From Armatimonadota bacterium (GTDB taxonomy: Bacteria > Armatimonadota > Fimbriimonadia > Fimbriimonadales > GBS-DC), in contig JBBIML010000009.1 in the NCBI GenBank assembly GCA_037444405.1, positions 64,001 through 128,000 of the forward strand: a DNA stretch of 64,000 bases, given 5' to 3'. Each line of letters begins with the position of its first letter. The stretch's first letter is position 1. The notes below the pieces were generated by a model. That model was not told the DNA's origin, did not search any database, and worked only from the letters and a program-made list of their open reading frames with translations. The position numbers and the translations under genes are program-made. Positions 9,723 through 20,324 of the stretch are shown here, piece by piece.

Positions 9723-9921
9723 CTCAATCCCTGCGAGGCATAGGTGAGGTTGTTCGAAAAATCATCTCTTGCGAGCCGCTTGAACAGGGCGCGGCGACCG
9801 TGCCCCTACTTGACGCGGGTATGGGCGTGGTTCCCGCCCTATTTTCGAACACCCTCGGCATCGGTTGCCATGCTCATTATCGGTTTACTGACAGCGATTA
9901 TGCAGGGTACAATCGGGGCGT

Positions 9922-11295
9922 ATGGAAGCGGTTAGCCGCACTCGTTCCAAAGAGGGTTTGAATCTTTTATCGGAGCGTTCGGTGGGGCGCGCGGTGTGGG
10001 CGCTGGCGTTTCCGTCGATGGTTGCCTCCGTGGTTCAGACGCTTAACAGTTTTCTGGATCGGATGTTTGTGGGTTCGCTGGGCGCGGTGGCGCTGGCGGC
10101 GGCAGGCGTGGGAGGTCAGCTGGTCTTTCTGGTGATGACGCTGGCGATGGCAATCTCGATGGGCGGCACGGCGATTGTGGCGCGGATGGTGGGCGCGAAC
10201 GATCACCACAACCTTCAGCAGGCGGCGCGTCAGTCGCTGGGCATCGCGCTGGTGCTGGGACTGTTGATGACCCTGCTGGGCTACCTGTTGCTGCCGGCGG
10301 TGCTGAGCTGGTATCGTCTGGAGCGCGAGGCGTTCGTGCAGGCGCGTCAGTTCCTGCTGCTGGCTCTGCTTGGTACGCCTGGCATGTTTCTTATGATGGG
10401 TTTGATGGGCACTTTTCGGGGTCAGGGCGACACCCGCACGCCGATGGTTGCCAGCATCGTGGCGACGCTGGTGCATATCGTGGGCGACTGGCTGCTGATT
10501 TTTGGGCGGTACGGCTTTCCGAAGCTGGGCATTCAGGGCGCGGGGATCGCGCTGGCGGCTTCGATGTGGGCGGGTGCAGGCGTGCTGTGGGCGCTCCAGC
10601 TGATGCGGGCGCGCCCGCTCGCCATCCCCCAGCTGCCCCAGATGCGGTGGGTTCGGCGCATCCTGCGAATCGGCATTCCTGCCTCGATGCGCACGCTCAT
10701 CTACTCCACCAGCTCGATGGCGTTCACGATGATTCTGGCGGCGACCGTGGCGGGCACCGCTGCCGTCGCCGCGCTGCCGATAGGGATGACCGCCGAGTCG
10801 ATAGCCTTTATGCCCGGTTTCGCGTTCGCGATAGCGGCGTCTGCGCTGGTGGGTCAGGCGCTGGGCGCCCACAACGAGCGACTGGCGGAACGGTTCGGCT
10901 GGGCAGCGGCGTGGCAGGCGTGCGCCGTGATGAGCGCGATGGCAACGGTGTTCTTCGTTTTTGCCGAGCCGTTCGCCCGCTGGTTCACGCGCGACCCGCA
11001 GGTGATTGCGCTCGCCGTCGCCTATCTGCGAATCAACGCGCTTTCGGAGCCGCTGCTGGCTTTCGGCATCGTGCTGGCGGGCGCATTACAGGGCGCAGGC
11101 GATTCGCTCAAGGCGATGCTCGGCACCCTCCTCACGCAGTGGGTGGTGCGCTTGCCGCTCGCCTATCTGCTGGCGTTCGGGCTGAGGCTGGACGCAAACG
11201 GCGCGTGGTGGGCGATGGCAATCAGCTCCTGCTTCAGCGGGCTGCTGTTCATTCTGCTGTTCAGGCATGGCGGCTGGAAACGAGTCAAGGTGTAA
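9922..11295 (+). CDS. MATE family efflux transporter
   Basis: About 12 TM helices; FRGQGDTRTPM, LGIQGAGIA, LQGAGD motifs. Confidence 0.92.
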   Translation: MEAVSRTRSKEGLNLLSERSVGRAVWALAFPSMVASVVQTLNSFLDRMFVGSLGAVALAAAGVGGQLVFLVMTLAMAISMGGTAIVARMVGANDHHNLQQAARQSLGIALVLGLLMTLLGYLLLPAVLSWYRLEREAFVQARQFLLLALLGTPGMFLMMGLMGTFRGQGDTRTPMVASIVATLVHIVGDWLLIFGRYGFPKLGIQGAGIALAASMWAGAGVLWALQLMRARPLAIPQLPQMRWVRRILRIGIPASMRTLIYSTSSMAFTMILAATVAGTAAVAALPIGMTAESIAFMPGFAFAIAASALVGQALGAHNERLAERFGWAAAWQACAVMSAMATVFFVFAEPFARWFTRDPQVIALAVAYLRINALSEPLLAFGIVLAGALQGAGDSLKAMLGTLLTQWVVRLPLAYLLAFGLRLDANGAWWAMAISSCFSGLLFILLFRHGGWKRVKV

Positions 11296-11321
11296 TCACT
11301 CCCGCGTGCGAGCGAGGGGGG

Positions 11322-12143
11322 TCATTTTTCCACCTGCAGAGTGACCCGATGCGCGTAGTCGTTGCCCGCCTCATCCTTCCGCCGATGAACCACCACCTGC
11401 ACGGGCAGTTTAATTTTGTCAATAGCCACCGCCTTGCCTTTGAGCGTGAAGACGGTTTTCTCGTCATATCGAAGCAGGCGCACATCGCCTGCCTGCGTGC
11501 GCACCTTCAGCGTCCGGGCGCTTTTGTCGATGGCTTGCAGTGTGCCCCGAACGGTTGGCAGAGTGCGCTCGCGCCCGATCGCCGCCTGCTGCTCGCTATC
11601 GCTCACCACCAGCGCCATCGTGTCCAGGTTTGAGAGCAGGCGCGGCGCCAGATAGATTTTCTCGCCCGCTTCGAATGCCTCCAGCGTCGCGGGTTGACCC
11701 TTTTTCGCAAAGCGCGTGCTGGGATTGATTTTGTACGCGAAGCGCGTGCGGTCGGCGAACTCCACGATTAGATACTCCTCTTCGACGCCTATCAGCGTGC
11801 CCTGCACGACGCCGCGTCGCACCCGCTCCAGCCACTTCCATGTGTCGGGGTCTGCCATCTCGCGGAGAATGGGGCGCGTGGCAGTGCCCACACTCAGGCG
11901 CACCATCACGGGCTTGCCCACCATCTCCCGAAACGACTCCAGCGAAGCGGGCTGCCTGTTGAGCCACAGGCGCGCTTTTTTGTGCAGGCTGACGCTCAGC
12001 TCGGCTCTGTTAGCGCGCTTGAGAACAATCGCATCCCCTTCAGGTTCAAACTTTACAAGGTGCGCCTGAAAGATTTCGGTATCGGCGTACAGGGTCAGCG
12101 TCAGCGCGCTTACCACCAATACAACCAGCCCCTTCGTCCACAT
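11322..12143 (-). CDS. hypothetical exported protein with about three repeated small beta-barrel (OB-like) modules
   Basis: Signal peptide MWTKGLVVLVV after a GGAGG RBS; repeated 'GTL..id...l.v....G....T.F..kG' units. Confidence 0.65.
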   Translation of the reverse strand: MWTKGLVVLVVSALTLTLYADTEIFQAHLVKFEPEGDAIVLKRANRAELSVSLHKKARLWLNRQPASLESFREMVGKPVMVRLSVGTATRPILREMADPDTWKWLERVRRGVVQGTLIGVEEEYLIVEFADRTRFAYKINPSTRFAKKGQPATLEAFEAGEKIYLAPRLLSNLDTMALVVSDSEQQAAIGRERTLPTVRGTLQAIDKSARTLKVRTQAGDVRLLRYDEKTVFTLKGKAVAIDKIKLPVQVVVHRRKDEAGNDYAHRVTLQVEK

Positions 12144-12253
12144 CGTAAGAACCTCCTGCACGCACCCCGATTCGGGCAGCCCAGCCCCAGTCCTGCTGGA
12201 TAGCCGCGAACTGACCGCTTGCGGGGGTATAATCGCTGGTGAGGGAGGTAGCA

Positions 12254-13648
12254 ATGGCGCAGAGAATCGAAAAGGACGCACTGGGCGAGCGGGCGATACC
12301 CGCTGAGGTCTACTGGGGTCTGCAGACCCTGCGAGCGCAGGAGAACTTTCCCATCAGCGGCATCACCGAGCCGCCCCTGATGATCGACGCCTATGTGCTG
12401 CTCAAAAAAGCGTGCGCACAGGCGAATATGGAACTAAGGCTAATCCCCGAATCCATCGGCAAAGCCATCATGCAGGCTGCCGACGAGGTGCTATCGGGCA
12501 AGCTGCGCGACCAGTTCCCCACTGACATCTTCCATCAGGGCGCTGGCACCTCGTTCCATATGAATGTGAATGAGGTGCTGGCAAATCGCGCTATTGAGAT
12601 TCTGGGTGGGCAGAGGGGCGATTATACCATCGTTCACCCGAACGACCATGTGAACTTCGGGCAGTCGACGAACGACACCTTCCCGACGGCGATGCGCATC
12701 GCAGTGCGGACGGCGCTGGAGCGACTGTTCCCTGTGCTGGATCAGCTGGCAGAGGGGTTCGCGCTCAAGGGGCGCGAGTTCGACCATGTATTGAAGTCGG
12801 GTCGCACCCACCTGCAGGACGCCGTGCCCATCCGACTGGGGCAGGAGTTCGCTGCCTACGCCGCCACGGTGCGCAAGTGCCGGCGCCTGCTGGAGACTGC
12901 CGCGCACGAGGTGGAGGAGCTGGGCATCGGTGGCAGTGCGGTCGGCACCGGGCTGAACACACACCCGCGATACCGCTTCCGCGTGGTGGAGCTGTTGCGC
13001 GAGTGGACAGGGCTGCCCTTCCGACCCGCTGACGACCTGCGCGAGGCGATGCAGAGCCAGATGCCTATTGCCTGCGTCGGCGCCGCCCTGCGCATCCTCG
13101 CGCTGGAGATGACCCGAATCGCCAGCGACCTGCGCCTGCTGGCTTCCGGACCGCTGACGGGCTTCGCCGAGATCGTGCTGCCCGCCGTGCAACCGGGCAG
13201 CAGCATCATGCCCGGCAAGGTCAACCCCAGCATCCCCGAAATGGTCAATATGGTCTGCTTCCAGGTGATTGGCTGCGCCACCACCATCGATTATGCAGTG
13301 CAGGCAGGTCAGCTGGAGCTGAATGTGATGATGCCTGTGATGGCGTATAACGCGCTTTTCGCGCTGCAGATTATCACAAGCGCCCTGCGCGTGTTCGACG
13401 AACGGTGTGTGCGGGGCATCGTGGCGAACGAGGAAAAGTGCCGCTGGTACGCCGAGACCAGCCCCAGCCTTGCCACCGCGCTGAACCCCTATGTGGGCTA
13501 TGCAACGGCAGCAGAAATCGTCAAGCAGGCACTGCGCGAGAACCGCAGCATCATCGATGTGGTGCGCGAGCGCGGACTGCTCACCGAAGAGCAGATTCGA
13601 GAGCTGCTCGACCCCTACAAAATGACCGAACCCAACCTGGGGGATTAG
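12254..13648 (+). CDS. aspA: aspartate ammonia-lyase / class II fumarase family
   Basis: GSSIMPGKVNP signature, QSTNDTFPT, GRTHLQDAVP; aspA versus fumC not fully resolved. Confidence 0.85.
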   Translation: MAQRIEKDALGERAIPAEVYWGLQTLRAQENFPISGITEPPLMIDAYVLLKKACAQANMELRLIPESIGKAIMQAADEVLSGKLRDQFPTDIFHQGAGTSFHMNVNEVLANRAIEILGGQRGDYTIVHPNDHVNFGQSTNDTFPTAMRIAVRTALERLFPVLDQLAEGFALKGREFDHVLKSGRTHLQDAVPIRLGQEFAAYAATVRKCRRLLETAAHEVEELGIGGSAVGTGLNTHPRYRFRVVELLREWTGLPFRPADDLREAMQSQMPIACVGAALRILALEMTRIASDLRLLASGPLTGFAEIVLPAVQPGSSIMPGKVNPSIPEMVNMVCFQVIGCATTIDYAVQAGQLELNVMMPVMAYNALFALQIITSALRVFDERCVRGIVANEEKCRWYAETSPSLATALNPYVGYATAAEIVKQALRENRSIIDVVRERGLLTEEQIRELLDPYKMTEPNLGD

Positions 13649-13679
13649 AGCGTTCAGGTGGTATCATGAGACCATAACG

Positions 13680-13952
13680 ATGCGAACAATAGCGATACAG
13701 ATACCGGATGAGATCGCGGATGTGCTGGCGGCGGACGAATCGCAGCTTCAGCAGGAGCTGCAGATGGTTGTCGCGGTCAAGTTATACGAGCTGGGGCGTC
13801 TTAGCGCAGGGGCAGCTGCCGCTCTGGTGGGGTTAAGTCGACTGGAGTTTCTTAACCGCCTCTCTGCCTACCGTGTCTCACCCATCAATCTCGATGAAGA
13901 ATCTATTGAACGCGAGATTGCCACCGCCCATGAGATAGCTGATTGCAAATGA
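13680..13952 (+). CDS. UPF0175 family protein (putative antitoxin)
   Basis: AVKLYELGRLSAGAAAALVGLSRLEFL motif; overlaps the next start codon. Confidence 0.8.
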   Translation: MRTIAIQIPDEIADVLAADESQLQQELQMVVAVKLYELGRLSAGAAAALVGLSRLEFLNRLSAYRVSPINLDEESIEREIATAHEIADCK

Positions 13953-14437
13953 AACGGATTGTTGATGCATCGCCAGCGATTCTGTTAGCGAAAATAGACT
14001 CGCTGGAGCTGCTGCGTATCGGTGCGGAACAGGTGCTTATACCCACCACTGTCTGGTACGAGATTGAGCAAGGAGGTGACGAGACTTCTGCACTTATCTT
14101 GGTGGCAAAAAGCGAATGGCTAATCGAATGCACTTATGATGCCGTTCAGCTGCAGATTCCTTCATCGCTGGGTCCTGGTGAGCGAGCCGTTATTGAACAG
14201 GCACTCGCCTTAGGTGTCGAGCAGGTCGTGATGGATGACCTTGCTGCACGACGATTCGCAGAACAGGTTGGGCTGAAGCCAGTAGGCACTCTGGGCATTT
14301 TGTTGGCTGCCAAACTGGCAGGATTCATCCCATCGGTGTCTGAAAAAATAAAAGCGCTGGAATCGTCGGGCATGTACCTTTCTGAAGCAGTAATACAGCG
14401 GGTGCTGATGGAAGCAGGTGAGATAGCCGAGCCATAA
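13949..14437 (+). CDS. DUF3368 PIN-domain protein (putative toxin)
   Basis: IVDASP, LGPGERAVI, MDDLAARR, GTLGILL motifs; ATGA overlap with upstream gene. Confidence 0.85.
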   Translation: MKRIVDASPAILLAKIDSLELLRIGAEQVLIPTTVWYEIEQGGDETSALILVAKSEWLIECTYDAVQLQIPSSLGPGERAVIEQALALGVEQVVMDDLAARRFAEQVGLKPVGTLGILLAAKLAGFIPSVSEKIKALESSGMYLSEAVIQRVLMEAGEIAEP

Positions 14438-14470
14438 ATGCAGGAGCAAGTTGGGACGGAGACTTAAGGG

Positions 14471-15982
14471 ATGTACTTGTTAGGTCTTGACATTGGCACG
14501 ACGGGTGTGAAGGCGGTGTTGATCGATGCGCGGGGGCGCGTGCTGACCAGCGGCGCCGATACCTACCCGCTGCACACGCCGCAACCGCTGTGGGCGGAGC
14601 AGAATCCGCTCGACTGGTGGCGAGCCACCGTCAGCGCGATTCAGCAGGTGCTATCCGAAAGTGGGATCGCGCCCAGCCAGATTCAGGGCATCGGGCTGAG
14701 CGGACAGATGCACGGCTCGGTCTTTCTGGATGAGCAGAACCGCGTCATTCGCCCGGCGCTGCTCTGGTGCGACCAGCGCACCGCCGAGGAGTGCGCCTGG
14801 ATCACCGAGCGTGTCGGGCAGGAGAAGGTGCTGGAAACAACGCTGAACCCCGTGTTGACAGGCTTTCAGGCGGGCAAGATTATCTGGCTGCGCCGCCACG
14901 AACCTGCCCACTACGCCCGCGTGCGCCATGTGCTGCTGCCCAAAGATTACATCCGCTTCATGCTCACGGGAGAATACGCGACCGATGTGTCGGATGCTTC
15001 AGGCACCGCGCTGTTTGAGGTGCCCAAACGCGACTGGGCATACGAGATGCTGGACATTCTGGAGCTGCCGCGCGAGTGGTTCCCGCGCGTCTACGAGTCG
15101 CCTGAGATTACAGGGCGGTTGCATGCGCAGGCGGCGGCAGCCACAGGTCTGGCGGAGGGCACGCCGGTGGTGGCGGGTGCGGGCGATCAGGCGGCGGGCG
15201 CGGTCGGCACCGGCATCGTGCAGCAGGGGCGAATCGCCGTGTCGGTCGGCACCAGCGGCGTGGTGTTTGCACACTTAGACCAGCCGCGCGTCGACCCGCT
15301 CTATCGCACGCACACCTTCTGCCATGCTGTGCCCGGCTGCTGGCATGTGATGGGCGTGATGCTGATGGCGGGTGGGGCGCTGCGCTGGTATCGCGACACC
15401 TTCGCGCAGGTGGATTTGTATGCCGCGCGCGCCGCTGGCGAAGACCCCTACGAGCGTCTGCTCAGTGAGGCGGAGCCGATCCCGCCCGGCTGTGAAGGGC
15501 TGCTCTTTGTGCCCTATCTGTCGGGCGAGCGCACGCCGTACCCTGACCCGAAGGCGCGGGGCGCGTTCATCGGCGCGACGCTCAAGCATCAACGGGCGCA
15601 TTTCACCCGCGCCGTGCTGGAAGGCGTCGCCTGCGGCTTGCGCGACTCGTTCGAAATCCTGCAGGCGATGGGCGTGCCCATCGAGGAGGTGCGCATGACG
15701 GGCGGCGGCGCACGCAGCCCGCTCTGGCGTCAGATTCTCGCCGATATAACGGGCTACCCCATTCACACCCTGCAAGCCGAGGAGGGACCCGCGTTCGGCG
15801 TCGCGCTGTTAGCGGGCGTGGGCACAGGACTCTGGAACAGCGTGCCTGAAGCGTGCGAGGCGACCATCCAGCTGGCGACGCGCACCACGCCGAACGCTCA
15901 GCACCGCGCCGCCTACGAGCGCACCTACGCGCTCTATCGGCAACTCTATCCCACCCTGAAACCCATCTTTGAGCAACTGTAG
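14471..15982 (+). CDS. xylB: xylulokinase
   Basis: LGLDIGTTGVK, SGQMHG, WCDQR, DASGT, GERTP, GGGARS FGGY-kinase motifs. Confidence 0.92.
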   Translation: MYLLGLDIGTTGVKAVLIDARGRVLTSGADTYPLHTPQPLWAEQNPLDWWRATVSAIQQVLSESGIAPSQIQGIGLSGQMHGSVFLDEQNRVIRPALLWCDQRTAEECAWITERVGQEKVLETTLNPVLTGFQAGKIIWLRRHEPAHYARVRHVLLPKDYIRFMLTGEYATDVSDASGTALFEVPKRDWAYEMLDILELPREWFPRVYESPEITGRLHAQAAAATGLAEGTPVVAGAGDQAAGAVGTGIVQQGRIAVSVGTSGVVFAHLDQPRVDPLYRTHTFCHAVPGCWHVMGVMLMAGGALRWYRDTFAQVDLYAARAAGEDPYERLLSEAEPIPPGCEGLLFVPYLSGERTPYPDPKARGAFIGATLKHQRAHFTRAVLEGVACGLRDSFEILQAMGVPIEEVRMTGGGARSPLWRQILADITGYPIHTLQAEEGPAFGVALLAGVGTGLWNSVPEACEATIQLATRTTPNAQHRAAYERTYALYRQLYPTLKPIFEQL

Positions 15983-15983
15983 G

Positions 15984-17102
15984 CTACACAATCTCCCGAA
16001 TCTGTTCGGGCGGCTCGGCGTTCAGCGATTCGCAGCCCGTCTCGGTAATCACATACACATTCTCGACGCGCACGCCGAACCTGCCAGGCAGGTAGATGCC
16101 CGGCTCGATGGTGAAGCAGTGTCCGACCTCCAGCGGCGCGTCGTTGCCCTCCACGATATAGGGCGGCTCATGGACCGACAGCCCGATGCCGTGCCCTGTG
16201 CGATGCACGAAGTAGTCGCCGTAGCCCGCCTGCTGGATCACGCGCCGCGCGGCTCTATCGACTTCCTGTGCGGGCACGCCCGCCCTGGCGGTCGCCCGCG
16301 CCGCCATGTGCGCCTCATACACGACGGCGTAAATCTTTTTCGCCTCTTCGGGCACGGCGCCCACGCTGATGACGCGCGTGATGTCGTTGCAGTAGCCCTC
16401 GTAGGTGCCGCCGTAGTCGATCACGATCACATCGCCTTCCTGCAGGGGGCGATGCCCTGTGGTGTAGTGCGGTCGGGAGCTGTTCTCACCCGCTGCCACG
16501 ATGGGGATGCCGAACGCCAGATGGGAGCCGAAGTCGTACAGCGCCCGCTGGATTGCCAGCGCGACCGCCCACTCGCTGACACCGGGCATGCAGCGTTCCA
16601 GCCCTGCGGCGAGCGCCTCATCGGTCAGTCGCGCCGCCTCGCGCATGCGCTCAACTTCGGCTGCGTCTTTGCGGGCGCGTACGGTGGCGATGATTTCGCC
16701 GCCTCGCCGAAACAGCGCGGCGGGCAGCACCTCCTGCAAAATCAGCAAAAACATGGCGGGCATCTCGTCGTCGACGGCAATCACGGCGGTCTCCAGATTC
16801 TGCTCGCGGGCGCACCGCTCCAGCTGCTGGAAGGGACCTTCCGAGTCGTGCCACACATAGCGCACCTGCCAGCGTGCAGGGTTCGCCTCCGCGCTTTCGG
16901 CGCTGAGCGCGGGCATGAACCAGCACGGCTCGCCCGATTGCGGCACCAGCAGGAACATCAGTCGCTCCAGCGGCGGCTCGCTGAACCCGCTCAGATAGAG
17001 CATATTCACAGGGGTCGCCGCCAGATAGGCGTCCACACCGTGTTGAATCAACGCCGCCTGCAACTTCGCCACCCGCTGCGCATAGAGCGCCTGCTCCGCC
17101 AT
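15984..17102 (-). CDS. Xaa-Pro dipeptidase/aminopeptidase (M24B)
   Basis: HRTGHGIGLSVHEPP, TIEPGIY, GVRVEN metal-binding motifs. Confidence 0.92.
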   Translation of the reverse strand: MAEQALYAQRVAKLQAALIQHGVDAYLAATPVNMLYLSGFSEPPLERLMFLLVPQSGEPCWFMPALSAESAEANPARWQVRYVWHDSEGPFQQLERCAREQNLETAVIAVDDEMPAMFLLILQEVLPAALFRRGGEIIATVRARKDAAEVERMREAARLTDEALAAGLERCMPGVSEWAVALAIQRALYDFGSHLAFGIPIVAAGENSSRPHYTTGHRPLQEGDVIVIDYGGTYEGYCNDITRVISVGAVPEEAKKIYAVVYEAHMAARATARAGVPAQEVDRAARRVIQQAGYGDYFVHRTGHGIGLSVHEPPYIVEGNDAPLEVGHCFTIEPGIYLPGRFGVRVENVYVITETGCESLNAEPPEQIREIV

Positions 17103-17104
17103 CG

Positions 17105-17776
17105 TCAGCCACCTCCAATACTGATGCGCAACCAATCATGCAATAAGTAATAGATGCGTCCAATCAGCAGCGCGGTACGCGCCATCACCGTGTTGCCAAA
17201 CATCGCGCCCAATCCAATCATCAGGAACCAGCGCCCGAAGGTCGCCACGCGCCTGACCACACCCCGATGCTCAAAGGAGAAGGTGAAATAGGTCAACACC
17301 GACAGTAAGAAGACAATAAATATCCAGTTGTTCAGCACATCGGAGATAACCACATCATTATTAGAAGTTTGCCAGAGCGGTTTTGCCAGAGCGCTATTGA
17401 GCTGGGGTAGCTGACGCGAGGCAAACTCCTGGAAGAAGAGACCTGCTGATGCACCAATGAGCACGCCAATCACGATGCGGCTCAGCCAGCCGTAGCGCTC
17501 GCTGTAGATGAAATAGAGATAAAGACCGAACGGCACAACGAAGCTCCATGCCCAGAACCCCTGCGTCAGCGGTTCCACCCAGTAGCGATAGAGGATGTCC
17601 ACCAGCAGGGGTCCCAGCGAATAGCCTGCCGCCAGCCCGATGTACATGTGTTCAAAGAAGCGGTAGAAGGGGTTCTCCCGATAGAGAATGGAGTAGATGG
17701 CAAAGGTGCAGATGACCCCTATCCAGATATTGAGCCGTTCCCAACTCAGCGGCAGAAACTCCTGGAGCCAGTCCAT
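17105..17776 (-). CDS. uncharacterised polytopic membrane protein
   Basis: About 6 hydrophobic segments; YSILYRENPFYRFFEH and GAMFGNTVMAR motifs. Confidence 0.8.
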   Translation of the reverse strand: MDWLQEFLPLSWERLNIWIGVICTFAIYSILYRENPFYRFFEHMYIGLAAGYSLGPLLVDILYRYWVEPLTQGFWAWSFVVPFGLYLYFIYSERYGWLSRIVIGVLIGASAGLFFQEFASRQLPQLNSALAKPLWQTSNNDVVISDVLNNWIFIVFLLSVLTYFTFSFEHRGVVRRVATFGRWFLMIGLGAMFGNTVMARTALLIGRIYYLLHDWLRISIGGG

Positions 17777-17779
17777 GCT

Positions 17780-18613
17780 TTATCCCTCCCGTGCGTGTCG
17801 ACTCAGAAACATCGCGATATTCCCGAGCAGAATGGTCAGAATGATCAGCACATGGGAAAACTGAATGCAGTTAGCGAATATCGCTCCCTGTCCCTTGATT
17901 TTCAGCAGCTGCTCGTACTCCTGTGCGCCTTTGGCGCCTGTCAACATGCCCTCGACCTGCCCCGAATCGAGAAAGGTGTAAGCTTCGGCTGCCATCACGG
18001 AGGTGGGGCAGAAGAGGACAATCAACCCCTTGGGGCGATAGGAGACCCAGAGAGGCATCGTGCCCGAGGGCGTTACATCGATCACCATTTTGTAGTCCGC
18101 CAATGTGCGCACGCCCTTAAGAACCTCCAGTTGACTGACCGGTGTACCCTCCACATCCTGTTTGACCGTTGCGGGCAGGTCGGTTGTCATGCCTTTGATT
18201 GCCACGATCAGGTTGACATAAAAGCCGAGGTGAGCCCAGTCCTTGCCATACTCGTACCCATACTCTTTGGCGATACGCTGGGCGATACGGTACGACAGAT
18301 CGCGTGCCTGTGCTTCCACCGACATAATCGTGAATCGCACCTTCTTGCGCATCAGATGGTGTAAAACCGCCTCCAGCTGGGGCTTATTCTCGGCAATCGT
18401 GCTGGCGCTCCAGTTGGATGAAACCATCACTAAGTCGCCTGTCTGAAGTTTTTCGATAGCGTTATAGAACTTGCGTGCTGGCGGGCTGATGACCGCCTTC
18501 AACTGAACGGGCAGCAGCAGAAATACCACAATGTTGACAAACAGCAGCAGATAGAGAATCCGCCGATCGATTGCCAGCATCCGGTCCCACACAGCAGGTT
18601 GTCTGGTCTGCAT
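17780..18613 (-). CDS. uncharacterised membrane protein (TM - soluble alpha/beta domain - TM)
   Basis: GAGGAGG RBS; N- and C-terminal TM segments around a soluble domain (YGKDWAHLGF, GMLTGAKGAQEYE). Confidence 0.8.
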   Translation of the reverse strand: MQTRQPAVWDRMLAIDRRILYLLLFVNIVVFLLLPVQLKAVISPPARKFYNAIEKLQTGDLVMVSSNWSASTIAENKPQLEAVLHHLMRKKVRFTIMSVEAQARDLSYRIAQRIAKEYGYEYGKDWAHLGFYVNLIVAIKGMTTDLPATVKQDVEGTPVSQLEVLKGVRTLADYKMVIDVTPSGTMPLWVSYRPKGLIVLFCPTSVMAAEAYTFLDSGQVEGMLTGAKGAQEYEQLLKIKGQGAIFANCIQFSHVLIILTILLGNIAMFLSRHAREG

Positions 18614-18626
18614 CGTTGCTTCCTCC

Positions 18627-19484
18627 TCAGGTGATGCCGCGTTCAAGGCTCAGCCATAGTCGGATCGCCATCGCCAGTCCGCCGATGCCCACGCCAAACT
18701 CGATCGCTCGCTGGACAGGGGCGTTGAGCTTGATCAGAATCCAGTTCGCAATTTCTGGCAGGCTCAGGGCATAGAGGATAGACTCCAGCGAGAACGGATG
18801 CGCGTCTTTGGGCACCTCCGAGGGCAAGCCCATCCAGCTGCTGATTGCGGCGCCCAGCGGCATAATACCAATCATAATAATCATCGCGGTGAACATCAGA
18901 ATGCCGGCTTCGATGGAACGAACCCGGAAGGCGCGATAGGCTGCCGAATAGATATAGAAGGCAATGATGGAGAACATCGCCGCGTCCAGCTGAACCAGGG
19001 TGTAGTCGAACAGGATCTCGAAGCCGCGCACCAGCACGGAATTTTTGGGCAGGAGGTTCTTTGCTGCCAGCGTGTTCCAGATGCTGAAGAACGCCATCGT
19101 GAGGAAGGAGATCAGCAAGACGACGCTGTAGCCCCACTGGGCACGCCGTTGCACCACATTGCGCAGATGCAGGCGTATCAGCCCGTAAGTGCCCAGTCCT
19201 AACGCCAGACTGCCAATAATCTGCAGCACATTTTGGGCGGGCTGAACACCGGGCGTAAGCCAGTTCTCATTGTCTTTGGTCAGCGGCAGGAAGAACTCAG
19301 CCGCAAAAAAGGCGCCTGCGAAGAAGGTAATCAAGGCAATCAGCACACGCCGCCCACGCGGAGGCAACGCCTGCAACAGCGGGATCAGCCCCAGCATCAG
19401 CAAGAACGCCCCTAATACAATCAGCACCATCGCGATGATGCCCGCCGTCGTCGAAGTGTCCACCTGCCAGACCGATCTCCACAT
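18627..19484 (-). CDS. uncharacterised polytopic membrane protein
   Basis: About 7 hydrophobic segments; AMFSIIAFYIYSAAYRAFRVRS motif. Confidence 0.8.
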   Translation of the reverse strand: MWRSVWQVDTSTTAGIIAMVLIVLGAFLLMLGLIPLLQALPPRGRRVLIALITFFAGAFFAAEFFLPLTKDNENWLTPGVQPAQNVLQIIGSLALGLGTYGLIRLHLRNVVQRRAQWGYSVVLLISFLTMAFFSIWNTLAAKNLLPKNSVLVRGFEILFDYTLVQLDAAMFSIIAFYIYSAAYRAFRVRSIEAGILMFTAMIIMIGIMPLGAAISSWMGLPSEVPKDAHPFSLESILYALSLPEIANWILIKLNAPVQRAIEFGVGIGGLAMAIRLWLSLERGIT

Positions 19485-19487
19485 CGG

Positions 19488-20324
19488 TTATTTCCCTCCG
19501 AAAAGAGTTTTGGAAACAAATTCGACGAAAGGCTCCCAGCCGCCTGGTTGACCCAGCAGCTTGATAAACGGGTGATCCGTGCCCAGCACGGTGGCGGCAA
19601 TCGCTCCCACGCCCACGGTACAGGCAAAGAGGAACTTGGCGATGTCCTGCCCCACCATGCTGCCCAGCAGCACCGGTTCACGGCTGAGATATGCGCTCGT
19701 CGCGTAGAACTCGTCGCCGATAATCGTGTAGTCGCATGCCGCCACAAAGAAGGGCACCTGCGTGAAGCTGACGGTGCCCGCGATCTGAATCGCGCCCACG
19801 ATGTTGCCTGTCTCGGCGAAGATCAGCGACTCGGCATAGAACTCGCCGAACATGAAGTTGGCAGCTACCCGTTCACGCTGGATCAGCCCTGCCACACCCG
19901 ATGCGAAGGCAAACTGGCGGTCGGACAGGAAGCGCACGCTGTCGGGGTCATACAGGTCGGGGCGACCTGCCTCGTTATAAGCGTCCTGAATCGCTTCCTG
20001 TGCCACCGCATACACGGTTGCATCGGCGGTCAGCAGGCGCATCGGCGTCGCGAACTTGGCAATTTGTTTCGTGATATATTTGAAGATAGTCAACGCCTGC
20101 ACGGCCGCCACGCCGAAAGCGGTTAAGCCCGGGATCATCGTGACGGGGCGCCCCATCTCGGTGGAGCGACCGATAGCCTCGTCGATGGCGTCCAGCCCCG
20201 CAATGCGCCGAATGTAGAGCTGGGCGCCTGCCTTCGCCCGCGCGATGTTAATCAGCACTGCCAGCGCGATAATCGCAATGATAATCGCCGCGAACCAGTT
20301 ATCCTGCGCATGTTGATAGGGCAT
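19488..20324 (-). CDS. DUF6754-like membrane protein
   Basis: IRRIAGLDAIDEAIGRSTEMGRP, QFAFASG, AESLIFAE, IIGDEFYATSAYL; family assignment recalled, not searched. Confidence 0.75.
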   Translation of the reverse strand: MPYQHAQDNWFAAIIIAIIALAVLINIARAKAGAQLYIRRIAGLDAIDEAIGRSTEMGRPVTMIPGLTAFGVAAVQALTIFKYITKQIAKFATPMRLLTADATVYAVAQEAIQDAYNEAGRPDLYDPDSVRFLSDRQFAFASGVAGLIQRERVAANFMFGEFYAESLIFAETGNIVGAIQIAGTVSFTQVPFFVAACDYTIIGDEFYATSAYLSREPVLLGSMVGQDIAKFLFACTVGVGAIAATVLGTDHPFIKLLGQPGGWEPFVEFVSKTLFGGK

